From Candidatus Woykebacteria bacterium RBG_13_40_15 (GTDB taxonomy: Bacteria; Patescibacteriota; Microgenomatia; Woykebacterales; RBG-16-39-9b): DNA of 64,000 nt. The notes beneath the pieces were generated by a model. That model saw only the letters and a list, made by a program, of their open reading frames with translations. It made no database searches and had not been told where the DNA came from. Shown piece after piece: positions 43,737-53,787 of the stretch. Positions within the stretch are counted from its first letter, which is position 1. Every line of letters begins with the position of its first letter. The DNA lies in NCBI GenBank assembly GCA_001816655.1, contig MHCP01000025.1, positions 78,428 through 142,427 on the forward strand. Reading direction: 5' to 3'. A program made the position numbers and the translations under genes.

Positions 43737-44354
43737 ATGCCTCCAGTAATTTACAAGAGAGAACGCGATCTTTTAGACTTCATTTCCCAGTATATGCAGA
43801 AAAATGGCTACGCACCCACCTTGGCTGAAATCTGCGATGGTTTAGGTTTACGCTCCCCCGCCACAGTCCACGAACACATCCAAAATTTAATCGATAAAGG
43901 AGTTTTAAAGAAGGACGAGGGTGTTCGCAGAGGTTTGGAAATAGTTGATCAAAAGGTTATGGGTTGGGTGCAGAGTGCTGTTGAAATTCCTCTCATCGGA
44001 AGGATTGCCGCTGGTGCACCGATCGAAGCAATCGAGGATTACACGTCTGCGGTAACAATTCCACCAGATATGGTAGGAAAGAAAAAATGCTTCGCTTTGC
44101 AGGTAAGGGGAAACAGCATGATAGAAGCAGCTATTTTAGATGGTGACTTTGTAATCTGCGAAGAAGCAACTGATGCAAATAACGGAGAAATAGTAGTCGC
44201 TCTTGTTAATGACAATTTTGCTACCCTAAAGAGATTTTTTCGCGAAGCCGACCACATTCGCCTAGAACCAGCAAACTCTTCCATGAACCCGCTAATTACC
44301 AAGAATGCAACAGTGAGAGGTAAGGTCGTCGGGGTCGTGCGTAAATACCACTAG
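43737..44354 (+). CDS. lexA: LexA repressor
   Basis: wHTH, AAGAP cleavage site, GNSM (Ser) and TLK (Lys). Confidence 0.97.
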   Translation: MPPVIYKRERDLLDFISQYMQKNGYAPTLAEICDGLGLRSPATVHEHIQNLIDKGVLKKDEGVRRGLEIVDQKVMGWVQSAVEIPLIGRIAAGAPIEAIEDYTSAVTIPPDMVGKKKCFALQVRGNSMIEAAILDGDFVICEEATDANNGEIVVALVNDNFATLKRFFREADHIRLEPANSSMNPLITKNATVRGKVVGVVRKYH

Positions 44355-45637
44355 CCAAAGAAATAACTTCCAAGCAAAAACAAACTAGCCACACTCATCA
44401 CAATAAGTGTAGTAGTCCCAAAAATGTTCGATAAAGCCCCGTTGGTCCTCTGCCCTAACACATTTTTATTATTCCCAATAAAAAGTATCAGTAGTATTAA
44501 CGGTGGGGCAATTAGCCCATTTATCACAGCAGTTATAAAAAGCATTTCTATTGGATTTATTCCAAGAAAATTTATCAATAAGCCAATTAACGTAGCAACA
44601 ATAATCACGCCATAAAATCCATGTGCCCTTTTGAATTTCAGGTATAAACCCTCCCTCCAGCCAAAAGACTCGCTAAGTGCATATGCGGCACTGCCTGCAA
44701 GTACAGGAACAGCTAGTAAACCAAGCCCAACTACCCCTAAAGCAAAGAAAAGCTTTGCTAAAAATCCAGCAAATGGGAAAGCTCTAACCAATGGCTCTAT
44801 AGCAGATGCAGCTTCCTGAGCACTATTAATTGAGGTTTTTCCCGACAAGTGAAGCGTAGCGTAAGTTGTAACGATAATAAAAAACGTCGCTAAATTGCTC
44901 CAAAACATACCAATGGCCGTATCAAATCTTAGGTTAGACAAACTTCCTCGGAGTAATTTTGGTTTCCCTCGTCCGGGAGCTATAATCTCGTGTTTTTCGA
45001 CTTCCTCCTCTACTTCCTCGCTAGCCTGCCAGAAAAAAAGATAGGGGGAAATAGTAGTTCCAGCAAATGCGACAATAGCGGCTAAAAAACCTGTGTTGAA
45101 TTCAATACTTGGCCTAAACAAACTTCCAACTACTTTGATCCAATCGGGCTGGACGACAAAAGCAGTTAAAATATAGACCACCAAAACAGCGGCTAACCAT
45201 TTCAACACTTTTGAATAAGATTTATAAGGAAGAGATATTTCAAGGGTGATTATTAAAATAGTAAACAGAACTGCCCAAGCAACAAACGGAATTGGAATAA
45301 TCATATTGGCGCTTGCAGCCATCGCCCCAATATCAGCACCAATATTTATAACATTAGCGACCAAAAGGAGAAGTACGGCAGCATACATAAAAGGTTTGGC
45401 GTAATGCAATCTCAGTACTCCAGCCAAACCCTGACCAGTAACAAGTCCGATCCTGCCGCACATTTCCTGTGTTGCGACCATCAAAGGATACAAAAATAAG
45501 GTCAGCCAATTTAAAGCCAAACCAAATGCCGCACCAGCAATCGAATAAGTGGCAATTCCCGATGGATCGTCATCAGAGGCGCCCGTAATAACTCCAGGAC
45601 CAAGTTTCGCAAAAAACCTCTTTACGTTCTTAAACAT
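44351..45637 (-). CDS. NRAMP-family divalent metal transporter
   Basis: GPGVITGASDDDPSGI and GTTISPY motifs. Confidence 0.9.
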   Translation of the reverse strand: MFKNVKRFFAKLGPGVITGASDDDPSGIATYSIAGAAFGLALNWLTLFLYPLMVATQEMCGRIGLVTGQGLAGVLRLHYAKPFMYAAVLLLLVANVINIGADIGAMAASANMIIPIPFVAWAVLFTILIITLEISLPYKSYSKVLKWLAAVLVVYILTAFVVQPDWIKVVGSLFRPSIEFNTGFLAAIVAFAGTTISPYLFFWQASEEVEEEVEKHEIIAPGRGKPKLLRGSLSNLRFDTAIGMFWSNLATFFIIVTTYATLHLSGKTSINSAQEAASAIEPLVRAFPFAGFLAKLFFALGVVGLGLLAVPVLAGSAAYALSESFGWREGLYLKFKRAHGFYGVIIVATLIGLLINFLGINPIEMLFITAVINGLIAPPLILLILFIGNNKNVLGQRTNGALSNIFGTTTLIVMSVASLFLLGSYFFG

Positions 45638-46259
45638 CTGCTCTCTTTAATTTATGATAGATGTAATAGCCAACAAGTAAAATACCTAAAATAACGATAA
45701 CAAAATCAAATTTGTGAAAATAAGGACCTAGAATATCCCAATTCTCTCCCAGTAAAAATCCAATGTAGGCAAGGATAAAAGACCAAATTAAAGAACCCAT
45801 AAAAGTCAGAATCGAAAATTTAACAATCGGGTAACGAGCAATCCCAGCCGGCAAGGAAATATAGGTTCTAATGGCCGGCATTACTCTAGAACCTAAAACA
45901 ATCCATGAACCGTACTTGTTGAAATATTTTTCAGAGGAATCGAGATCACTTTCTGTAAAGAGAATGAATTTTCCAACCTTCCGAACCAATCTTCTTACAA
46001 TCCGCTCGTGACCCCAGTAACCAAGAGCATAAGCCGCCAAGGATCCCACAAGATTACCTAAAGCGCCAGCAATTGAAACAAAAATCAAATTAAATTTGCC
46101 CGTAAACACCAAATAACCGGAAAATGGCATTATTATCTCGGAAGGAAGAGGAATGAGGGCCGATTCAATCGCCATTGCTAACCCGACACCAAAATATCCA
46201 AGATGGGAAATAATTGAAATTATAAATAAAGAAACTAAATTTAAAACTTGGCTTATCAA
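45630..46259 (-). CDS. DedA family protein
   Basis: ES..IPLPSE and R..P.IRTYISLPAG motifs. Confidence 0.93.
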   Translation of the reverse strand: MISQVLNLVSLFIISIISHLGYFGVGLAMAIESALIPLPSEIIMPFSGYLVFTGKFNLIFVSIAGALGNLVGSLAAYALGYWGHERIVRRLVRKVGKFILFTESDLDSSEKYFNKYGSWIVLGSRVMPAIRTYISLPAGIARYPIVKFSILTFMGSLIWSFILAYIGFLLGENWDILGPYFHKFDFVIVILGILLVGYYIYHKLKRADV

Positions 46260-46265
46260 TTTATT

Positions 46266-47111
46266 TTAGATAAATTCCTTCAAAAGCTCGTCTATTTTTA
46301 TATCTTTAAGTGGCTTTTCAACAAGGGTGTCTTCTTTTAACTGAGGCAGTTGATCCGTAAAAGCTGGTTTTTCTTCCTGATAGAAAACACCAACTGGTAT
46401 TTTTTCGCTCCATTCAAAAGTCTTTTTGATTGCTGCTTCTTTATCCTTTTCCGCCTTTTCCAATTTGTAAATTTTTTCTCGCAAAAAATCGAAATTGTGC
46501 ACTTTTTCGAAAGTTAAACATGGTTGTAAAACATCGATTAGTGAAAATCCACTGTGTTCTATTCCTGCACAAATTAAATCGCGAAGAGCGTCTGTATCTC
46601 CAGCAAATCCCCTAGAGACAAAGCTTGCTCCGGAAATTATTGCCGTAGCTAGTGGATTTAGCGGCTCTTCAATCACACCAAGCGGTGTTGATTTAGTTTT
46701 CGTACCTTTTTCACTTGTCGGGGAAGCCTGTCCAGTTGTCAGCCCGTAGATTTCGTTATTGTGAACAATTACTGTAATATCGTGATTTCCTCGTGCCGCG
46801 GAAAGAAGATGGTTTACCCCCTCGCCGTATGTATCGCCATCCCCAACAATTACTACCACTTTCAACCTATGGTTTGCCATCTTTACCCCACAAGCGACTG
46901 GAATAGATCTACCATGCAAACTCCCAACCCCATAAACGTTTAAAAAATTTGCCATATTGCCATGACAACCAATACCATAAACGACAACAATCTCTTCCTG
47001 TGAAGTATTTAGTTTTACGAATGCGTTTTTGAGCGACTGCCAAATACCGTAGTTCCCACAACCCGGGCACCAAGTCGGTTTATGGCCGGTTTCAAAATCG
47101 TGTGCTTCCAT
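46266..47111 (-). CDS. 2-oxoacid:ferredoxin oxidoreductase beta subunit
   Basis: WCPGCG, GIGC and GDGD motifs. Confidence 0.95.
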   Translation of the reverse strand: MEAHDFETGHKPTWCPGCGNYGIWQSLKNAFVKLNTSQEEIVVVYGIGCHGNMANFLNVYGVGSLHGRSIPVACGVKMANHRLKVVVIVGDGDTYGEGVNHLLSAARGNHDITVIVHNNEIYGLTTGQASPTSEKGTKTKSTPLGVIEEPLNPLATAIISGASFVSRGFAGDTDALRDLICAGIEHSGFSLIDVLQPCLTFEKVHNFDFLREKIYKLEKAEKDKEAAIKKTFEWSEKIPVGVFYQEEKPAFTDQLPQLKEDTLVEKPLKDIKIDELLKEFI

Positions 47112-48896
47112 TTAAACCGCCTCCTTTGCTGCTTTCGCAATTTCTTCTGGATAAAAAGGCCGCCCATCGAATTTCAAGAGGCCTCTTTTTATTTCTATGC
47201 CTGTTTTTTCCCTTATCAACCTAGCTAGCTGACCGGTGTAATTTCCTTCACAAATAAGTGTTTTTTTAGCGGAGCTTAAAATTTTTGCTGTAGCTTCAAT
47301 TGGGAAGGGGCTAATATAAACAAAATGTAAAAAGTTTGCTGAAATCCCTTCCTGCTTCAAAAGATCCAAAGCCTTCAAGATAGGCCCTTTGGAAGAACCC
47401 CAACCTACCAGAGTAATTTTAGCTTCTACCTCGCCATACAAGGTTGGCCCGGGAAGTCCGTTACTTGCCGTAACTAGTTTCTTCATCCTTTTTGTCATCA
47501 TCGAAACTCTATTATCCGGATCTTCAGAAACAAATCCAAATTCATCGTGCTCATAACTATTAGCTACGTACTTTCCACTTTTTTGACCGGGTAAGGAGCG
47601 AGGAGAGACCCCTGTCTCGGTAAATTCATACCTTTTGTAATTTTCTGTATTCAAAAGTTCGCTTTCCGAAAGAATTCCCCCTTCTTCAATTTTAATCTTA
47701 TTTGTATCGAACTCTTCTGTTCCATATATACTTTCACCAAGGAATTTATCGGACAAAATCATTACTGTCGTCTGATATTCGGCCGCCAGGTTAAAAGCCT
47801 GGGCTGTTCCATAAAAAGCCCCAGCTGGATCTCCTGGTGCAATAATTATTTTTGGAAACTCGTCTTGGCCTGCATACATTACAAAATCAAGATCGGGTTG
47901 CCCAGTCCAAGTCGGCATCCCAGTTGCAGGACCGGGTCTTTGAACATTGATAACGACGAGAGGAGTTTCAAGTATTCCTGCCAAACCGTAACTTTCCGCC
48001 ATTAAAGCAAACCCGCCCCCGGATGTACCAACCGCAGTTCTAACCCCTGCGAAAGAACCTCCAATTGCCATATCAATTGCCTCTATTTCATCGGCGCAGT
48101 GTTTAACAATCATATCCGCCTTTAACTGATGATCTGCCAAATAGTGCAAGATTGAAGAACTTGGCGTCATTGGGTAACTGACATACATTTTGCAGCCGGC
48201 AGCTATCGCGCCAAGAGCAATCGCTTCATTTCCACTCATCACAAATTTCGGGGGGCCATCAAGCTTTTCAAGCTTAAACGAGAAGTGGTCGGCATATTTT
48301 TCCCTAACGTAGTCGTACCCACCTCTTGCCGATTTAATGTTTAGATTAACTACCTGTTCACCTTTCTGCCTAAAAGTATTGGTTAAAACAGACGAAAGAT
48401 ATTGAAAATCCAAACCTACCAATGCAAGAGCCGCTCCTAAAGCTACTGTGTTAACAACTAATTTACCGCCACCAACCTCTGTGGCAATTTTTTCCAACGG
48501 AACGGGATATAAAAAGACGTTCTTCTTCTCAAATTCTGAAGACTCTAATTTGAATTCCTCATCATTAAAAATGACACCTGAGAAAGGCCCTAAATTAGCC
48601 CCATCAACATCTACAGTATTTTTATTTAAAGCAATTAAAAGATCGACTTGCTTTTCAGGAGCAAAGTAAGGCTTGCTTGTAACTTTTATTTGATAGGTAT
48701 TGTGCCCACCCCTTACCAAGGATGGGTATTCAACATAACCGAAGGTTGAAAGCCCTGCTCTATTCACTGCTTTTGCAAAGATAAGTCCCGAAGCCATTAT
48801 CCCAAAACCGGCCTCGCCGCCAATTTTAAGGTTTAGGTCGTTAATTTTTATTTTTCTACCATTGGCCTTGAATGGGTTTTGGAGTAGGGCAACCAT
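47112..48896 (-). CDS. 2-oxoacid:ferredoxin oxidoreductase alpha subunit
   Basis: GGEAG.G, YPMTPSS, TSGGG and RPGPATG motifs. Confidence 0.95.
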   Translation of the reverse strand: MVALLQNPFKANGRKIKINDLNLKIGGEAGFGIMASGLIFAKAVNRAGLSTFGYVEYPSLVRGGHNTYQIKVTSKPYFAPEKQVDLLIALNKNTVDVDGANLGPFSGVIFNDEEFKLESSEFEKKNVFLYPVPLEKIATEVGGGKLVVNTVALGAALALVGLDFQYLSSVLTNTFRQKGEQVVNLNIKSARGGYDYVREKYADHFSFKLEKLDGPPKFVMSGNEAIALGAIAAGCKMYVSYPMTPSSSILHYLADHQLKADMIVKHCADEIEAIDMAIGGSFAGVRTAVGTSGGGFALMAESYGLAGILETPLVVINVQRPGPATGMPTWTGQPDLDFVMYAGQDEFPKIIIAPGDPAGAFYGTAQAFNLAAEYQTTVMILSDKFLGESIYGTEEFDTNKIKIEEGGILSESELLNTENYKRYEFTETGVSPRSLPGQKSGKYVANSYEHDEFGFVSEDPDNRVSMMTKRMKKLVTASNGLPGPTLYGEVEAKITLVGWGSSKGPILKALDLLKQEGISANFLHFVYISPFPIEATAKILSSAKKTLICEGNYTGQLARLIREKTGIEIKRGLLKFDGRPFYPEEIAKAAKEAV

Positions 48897-48947
48897 TTGT
48901 GATAGGATAACAAGTAAATTATACAGGAAGCTGCCTGCCTAATCAAT

Positions 48948-49628
48948 ATGATAGGAACATTATTTTTAGTCGCAACACCAATAGGAAATCTTTCCGATAT
49001 TTCAAAGCGAGCAATTGAGACTTTGGAAAAGGTTGATTTAGTTGCCTGCGAGGACACAAGAAGAACAGGGCTCCTTTTGCAGCAACTTGGCTTAAAAAAG
49101 AATTTGATTTCCTATTACGAAGAAAATGAGCTTAAACAAATTCCAAATATAGTCAACGAGTTAAAAGCGGGCAAAAATGTCGCTCTCGTCACTGATTCCG
49201 GAACTCCTAGTGTTTCTGATCCTGGATTTAGACTTGTTCGCAAAGCAGTTGCAAACGGAATAAATGTTGATTCAATCCCTGGTCCCTCCGCAGTTTTAAC
49301 CGCTTTGACAATTTCAAGCCTACCAACCAATCAATTTTTCTTTTTCGGCTTTCCTCCACCAAAAGAAGGCAAACGAAAAGAACTGTTTTCGAAAATTAAA
49401 GAGATGCAAAAAATATCAAAATTTACGGCAATTTTCTTTGAATCTCCTTATAAACTAATTACCAACCTAACTAACCTGCAGGAAATTTTTGGTGATATTG
49501 ATATTGTAATCTGTCGGGAATTAACAAAAGTTTATCAAGAAGTTCGCCGGGAAAAAGTTTCTCAAAGTCTGGAGCACTTCTCAAAACAAAAACCCAAAGG
49601 CGAATTCACAATTCTTTTCTACAATTAA
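48948..49628 (+). CDS. rsmI: 16S rRNA C1402 2'-O-methyltransferase
   Basis: ATPIGNL, CEDTR, SDPG and RELTK motifs. Confidence 0.96.
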   Translation: MIGTLFLVATPIGNLSDISKRAIETLEKVDLVACEDTRRTGLLLQQLGLKKNLISYYEENELKQIPNIVNELKAGKNVALVTDSGTPSVSDPGFRLVRKAVANGINVDSIPGPSAVLTALTISSLPTNQFFFFGFPPPKEGKRKELFSKIKEMQKISKFTAIFFESPYKLITNLTNLQEIFGDIDIVICRELTKVYQEVRREKVSQSLEHFSKQKPKGEFTILFYN

Positions 49629-49756
49629 CTAACTCTTCCTTCGTTAATAACCCATAGTTGACTTTGGAGCACTTTTTTGCTATATTTTCACTGCCAACGA
49701 TTCAGGCGTTCAAAAGACGTACTGTTCTCGTTAGGCAACAAAAGGAGGAAGGGGCA

Positions 49757-50170
49757 ATGCCCGGAGCAGTCAGACACACATTGTGGGCGCTTCAAGAGGT
49801 GATCGAAGCCCAATCGGCAAGGGAGTGGTTCCCCCTCTCGGAGGGAGACCAACTAGGAGACATGGTGGACGGACTGAAGCCATTTCTAGACGACCTAAGC
49901 GGAAAGATCGCAGGCATAAACCTGAAAGGTGTTCCTCTCAAAACAGACGAGGGGTGCACTTACCTTCTCTCAGAAGAAGGGAAATTCTACTGTGTGCGCA
50001 CCGGATCAACCGAAGAGGTAAGCTGGAGAGAAATCGCTGAAGAAGTCGGGGTACTCGAAGTCGGACGAGCACTCGCTAATGCGTTGATTTCGAGGTTAGA
50101 ACAGTACCGTGAGCTTCACAACCTGTGGGAACAAACCTTCAACAAAGTGAAGCCGCTAATCGAGAGTTAA
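49757..50170 (+). CDS. GC-rich orphan protein
   Basis: SD AAGGAGG; TTGACT/TATATT promoter. Confidence 0.65.
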   Translation: MPGAVRHTLWALQEVIEAQSAREWFPLSEGDQLGDMVDGLKPFLDDLSGKIAGINLKGVPLKTDEGCTYLLSEEGKFYCVRTGSTEEVSWREIAEEVGVLEVGRALANALISRLEQYRELHNLWEQTFNKVKPLIES

Positions 50171-50435
50171 AACTCTCTTCCTGTCCCTTTCTGTCCCGTT
50201 TCCTTTCTTCTAAGTAAGGAAGGTTAAGGAGAAAGAAGATCCTTATTAGGATCTAGTTGACAGGCAGCAGAATCATTATAGGGAGATAATAAAGCTCCTG
50301 GAGTTATCACTCCCTGTTGCCTTAACCTAAGAAACTCATTTTAAAAAATGGGTGGTTTAGGAGGAAAAACGAGTCGTCCATCCTTCGTCAAAACTACGGA
50401 GGATAAAAAGGGCTCGTTTTTCTTTTGGTTGAGAT

Positions 50436-52238
50436 CTAATACTCTTCAAGAGTCGAGGTGTCACCAATTGGCTGGCCAAGTTCCTTGGCCTTCAGGAGTC
50501 GGCGCATAATTTTACCGCTGCGAGTCTTTGGTAGTTTATCGACAAATTCTACTTCTCTTGGGTACGCGTGTCCTGCAAGGTGTTTCTTCACAAATTGGCC
50601 AAGTTCTTCTTTCAATTGATCTGTTTTCTCAACACCAGGCTCTAGAACAACAAAGGCCTTGATTATTTCACCGCGAAGCTCATCCGGTTTTCCAATAACA
50701 CCTGCTTCTACAACTCCCGGGTGTTCAATCAGAGCAGATTCTACTTCAAATGGACCAACACGCTCCCCTGCCGTCTTTATAACATCATCGCTTCGGCCGA
50801 TAAACCAGAAATAGCCATCTTCGTCTTTGAAAGCCTTGTCTCCAGAGTAATACCAAGGAGCTGTTTTTGGATCCAGCAATAAGGATTTGTCCTCTGTTTC
50901 CTTCCACTTCTCCTCCACCGCTGGGGGAGTGAAATAACTTTTGTATTTTGATTCATTATTCCAAATCATCCTCATCATTGCAGGCCAGCCTGGCTTCAAA
51001 ACAAGGTTTCCTTCCTCTTTTATTTTTACTGGGTTCCCGTTGTCATCAACAATGTCAGCGTGAACTCCTGGGATTGGTTTGCCCATTGATCCCGGTTTTA
51101 TCGGCATCGTCGGGTAGTTCGCGATTAAAATACCACCGCCCTCTGTCTGCCACCAGTTGTCATGGAAAGGAAGCCCAAAGATTTCGTTGCTCCACAAAAC
51201 CGCTTCTGGATTTAGAGGCTCACCAACACTCGCGAGATATCGAAGTGAGGAAAGATCATATTTTTTAATTAAATCGTCCCCTGCTGCTTTTAACATTCGG
51301 ATGGCAGTCGGCGCCGTGTACCAAACAGAAACTTTGTATTTCTGAATTATTTCATACCACTTCCCGGCATCAAACCGACCAGCGAAAATTACCTCTGTCG
51401 CTGCATTGGACCAACTGCCTAAAATTTCATAAGCAATACCAGTCACCCAGCCCGGATCCGCAGTGCACCAGTAAATATCCTCGTCGTGGAGATCCAATGC
51501 CCACTTTGCTGTCATATGTTGTTGAATTATCGTGTTGTGCGCATGAACCACACCTTTTGGCTTACCTGTAGTCCCAGAAGTGTAGAGCATGAAAGCTAAA
51601 TCATCTTTACTTGTTTTTTCGATATCAAACTCTTCGCCTGCTCCTTCCATCTTTTGCTTGTAATCAATTTCGAAATCTTCTTTCGGGGAACGATCAACAA
51701 TAATTACTTTTTCCAAAGCTGGCAAATCTTTCTTGACCTGATAAACCCGCTCAGCTAGTTCCGAATCCGTTACTAGAAATCTCGCACCACTATCCTTAAG
51801 CCTGTCAGCAATCGCCTGAGGACCAAAGGCTGAAAACATGGTTCCGGCAACAGCCCCTGTTTTCAAAACTCCCAGAAATGAAACGAAAAGCGCTGGGATT
51901 CTAGGCAAAAAGATAAATACCCTGTCTCCCTTTTTAACACCAAGCTCTTTTAGAACATTGGCAAATTTGTTGGTTAACTTGTATAAATCATTGAAGGTAT
52001 ATTTTTCGGTTTTATTTTCGTCTCCCTCCCAATACATCGCTACTTTATCACCTTTACCGGCCTTTACATGGCGATCAACTGCATTGTAAGCGGCATTAAT
52101 ATGAGTTTCGTCAAACCACTCAACCTCGCTTCGGAATTTCTCAATATTAAAACTCTCAAATTCTCTCTTGTAATCAGCTAAATTGGATAGTAAGCGGAGG
52201 CGGGAAGAGTCTTTGGTAATAGTTTGATCGTTTTCCAT
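50436..52238 (-). CDS. acsA: acetate--CoA ligase
   Basis: YTSGTTGKPKG, WWQTE and PKTRSGKIMRR motifs. Confidence 0.95.
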   Translation of the reverse strand: MENDQTITKDSSRLRLLSNLADYKREFESFNIEKFRSEVEWFDETHINAAYNAVDRHVKAGKGDKVAMYWEGDENKTEKYTFNDLYKLTNKFANVLKELGVKKGDRVFIFLPRIPALFVSFLGVLKTGAVAGTMFSAFGPQAIADRLKDSGARFLVTDSELAERVYQVKKDLPALEKVIIVDRSPKEDFEIDYKQKMEGAGEEFDIEKTSKDDLAFMLYTSGTTGKPKGVVHAHNTIIQQHMTAKWALDLHDEDIYWCTADPGWVTGIAYEILGSWSNAATEVIFAGRFDAGKWYEIIQKYKVSVWYTAPTAIRMLKAAGDDLIKKYDLSSLRYLASVGEPLNPEAVLWSNEIFGLPFHDNWWQTEGGGILIANYPTMPIKPGSMGKPIPGVHADIVDDNGNPVKIKEEGNLVLKPGWPAMMRMIWNNESKYKSYFTPPAVEEKWKETEDKSLLLDPKTAPWYYSGDKAFKDEDGYFWFIGRSDDVIKTAGERVGPFEVESALIEHPGVVEAGVIGKPDELRGEIIKAFVVLEPGVEKTDQLKEELGQFVKKHLAGHAYPREVEFVDKLPKTRSGKIMRRLLKAKELGQPIGDTSTLEEY

Positions 52239-52245
52239 ATATTCA

Positions 52246-53787
52246 TTATATCAGACTTTTTCCTGTCATTTCAGCTGGTTTATCTAAACCAAGGAGATTT
52301 AAAACAGTCGGTGAAACGTCCGCCAAAATCCCAGAGGGGATTTTTAAAATTCCTTTTCCCTCAAACTGTTTAGAGATTGCAATAAAAGGAACGGGATTGC
52401 CGGTATGTTCGGTGTTTATCTTACCAGTGACAGGATCGGTCATGTTTTCGGCATTACCATGATCTGCCGTTATTACAACAGCACCACCAAGGGGAAAAAC
52501 AGTAGCTACAATTTGTGCAAGGCAAGAATCGACAGTTTCAACTGCTTTGATAGTCGCTTCGATAGAACCAGTATGCCCCACCATATCACAATTCGCAAAA
52601 TTAACAATATAAGCATCATATAACCCGTTTTTTACTCTATCTACTATTTTGTCCGTTATTTCTTTAGCAGACATTTCGGGCTGTTTATCGTAGGTCGCAA
52701 CTTTTGGAGATGGGATGTGAATTCGGTCTTCGCCCGGAAAAGGTTCTTCTCTTCCCCCATTTATAAAATAGGTAACGTGGGCATATTTTTCAGTTTCCCC
52801 AATATGTAATTGTCTAAGATTGTTGACTGAAAGGACCGCTGCTAAAGGAAAGTCTACGATAGAAGAAGGGAAACCTACTATAACTGGTAGATTTTTTTCA
52901 TATTCCGTCATCGTAACGAAAGTGATATCTTTTAAAACTTTGTCACGGGTAAAATTATTAAAACTTGGGTCAGCAAACGCTCGTGTAAGTTGCCTTGCCC
53001 TATCTGGCCTAAAATTAAAGAAAATAATACTGTCTCCATCTTTTATTGTACAGGGTTCGTCGCCGTCAGAGATAATAATGGGTTCGATAAATTCATCCGT
53101 TACTTCATTTTTATAAGACTTTTCGATTGCTTCCAAGGGGTTCTTTACCTTTAACCCTTTTCCACCCACTAACGCATCGTAGCTTTTTTTAGTTCGATCC
53201 CAATGGTTATTTCTATCCATTGAAAGATACCGGCCCATCACTGTAGCTAGCTTACCAACGCCAATTTCTGATATTTTTCTATTTATTTCCTCAATAATTT
53301 CTTTTCCAGAAGTCGGCGATGAGTCTCGACCATCGGTAAACGCATGAACAAACACATTGCTAATATTTTGAGATTTTGCAAACCAAAGTAGACCGTAAAG
53401 ATGCTCCAAACACGAATGAACCTCACCTCTACCAACCAAACCCATTAAATGAAGTGCGCTTTCTCTTTCTTTAACTTTTTGCGCTGCAAGACAAAAGGCT
53501 TTGTTCTCCAAAAAGCTTCCTTCAGCAATTGACATATTTATTCGTGGAAGTCCCTGATAAACAATTCTTCCAGCACCGATATTAAGGTGCCCAACCTCAG
53601 AATTACCTTCTTCACCAATAGGCAAACCAACCGCCTCACCAGAAGCTAGCAGGGTTGTATTTGGATAGGCAACAGAAATTTTGTCCCAAAAAGGCTTTTT
53701 CGCTAATGAAATGGCATTACCAGGACCCGGATTTGCCACCCCCCACCCATCTAAAATTATCAGTATTACAGGCCTAACTCCACTCAT
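52246..53787 (-). CDS. gpmI: 2,3-BPG-independent phosphoglycerate mutase
   Basis: LDGWG, GNSEVGH, DMVGH and ADHGN motifs. Confidence 0.97.
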   Translation of the reverse strand: MSGVRPVILIILDGWGVANPGPGNAISLAKKPFWDKISVAYPNTTLLASGEAVGLPIGEEGNSEVGHLNIGAGRIVYQGLPRINMSIAEGSFLENKAFCLAAQKVKERESALHLMGLVGRGEVHSCLEHLYGLLWFAKSQNISNVFVHAFTDGRDSSPTSGKEIIEEINRKISEIGVGKLATVMGRYLSMDRNNHWDRTKKSYDALVGGKGLKVKNPLEAIEKSYKNEVTDEFIEPIIISDGDEPCTIKDGDSIIFFNFRPDRARQLTRAFADPSFNNFTRDKVLKDITFVTMTEYEKNLPVIVGFPSSIVDFPLAAVLSVNNLRQLHIGETEKYAHVTYFINGGREEPFPGEDRIHIPSPKVATYDKQPEMSAKEITDKIVDRVKNGLYDAYIVNFANCDMVGHTGSIEATIKAVETVDSCLAQIVATVFPLGGAVVITADHGNAENMTDPVTGKINTEHTGNPVPFIAISKQFEGKGILKIPSGILADVSPTVLNLLGLDKPAEMTGKSLI

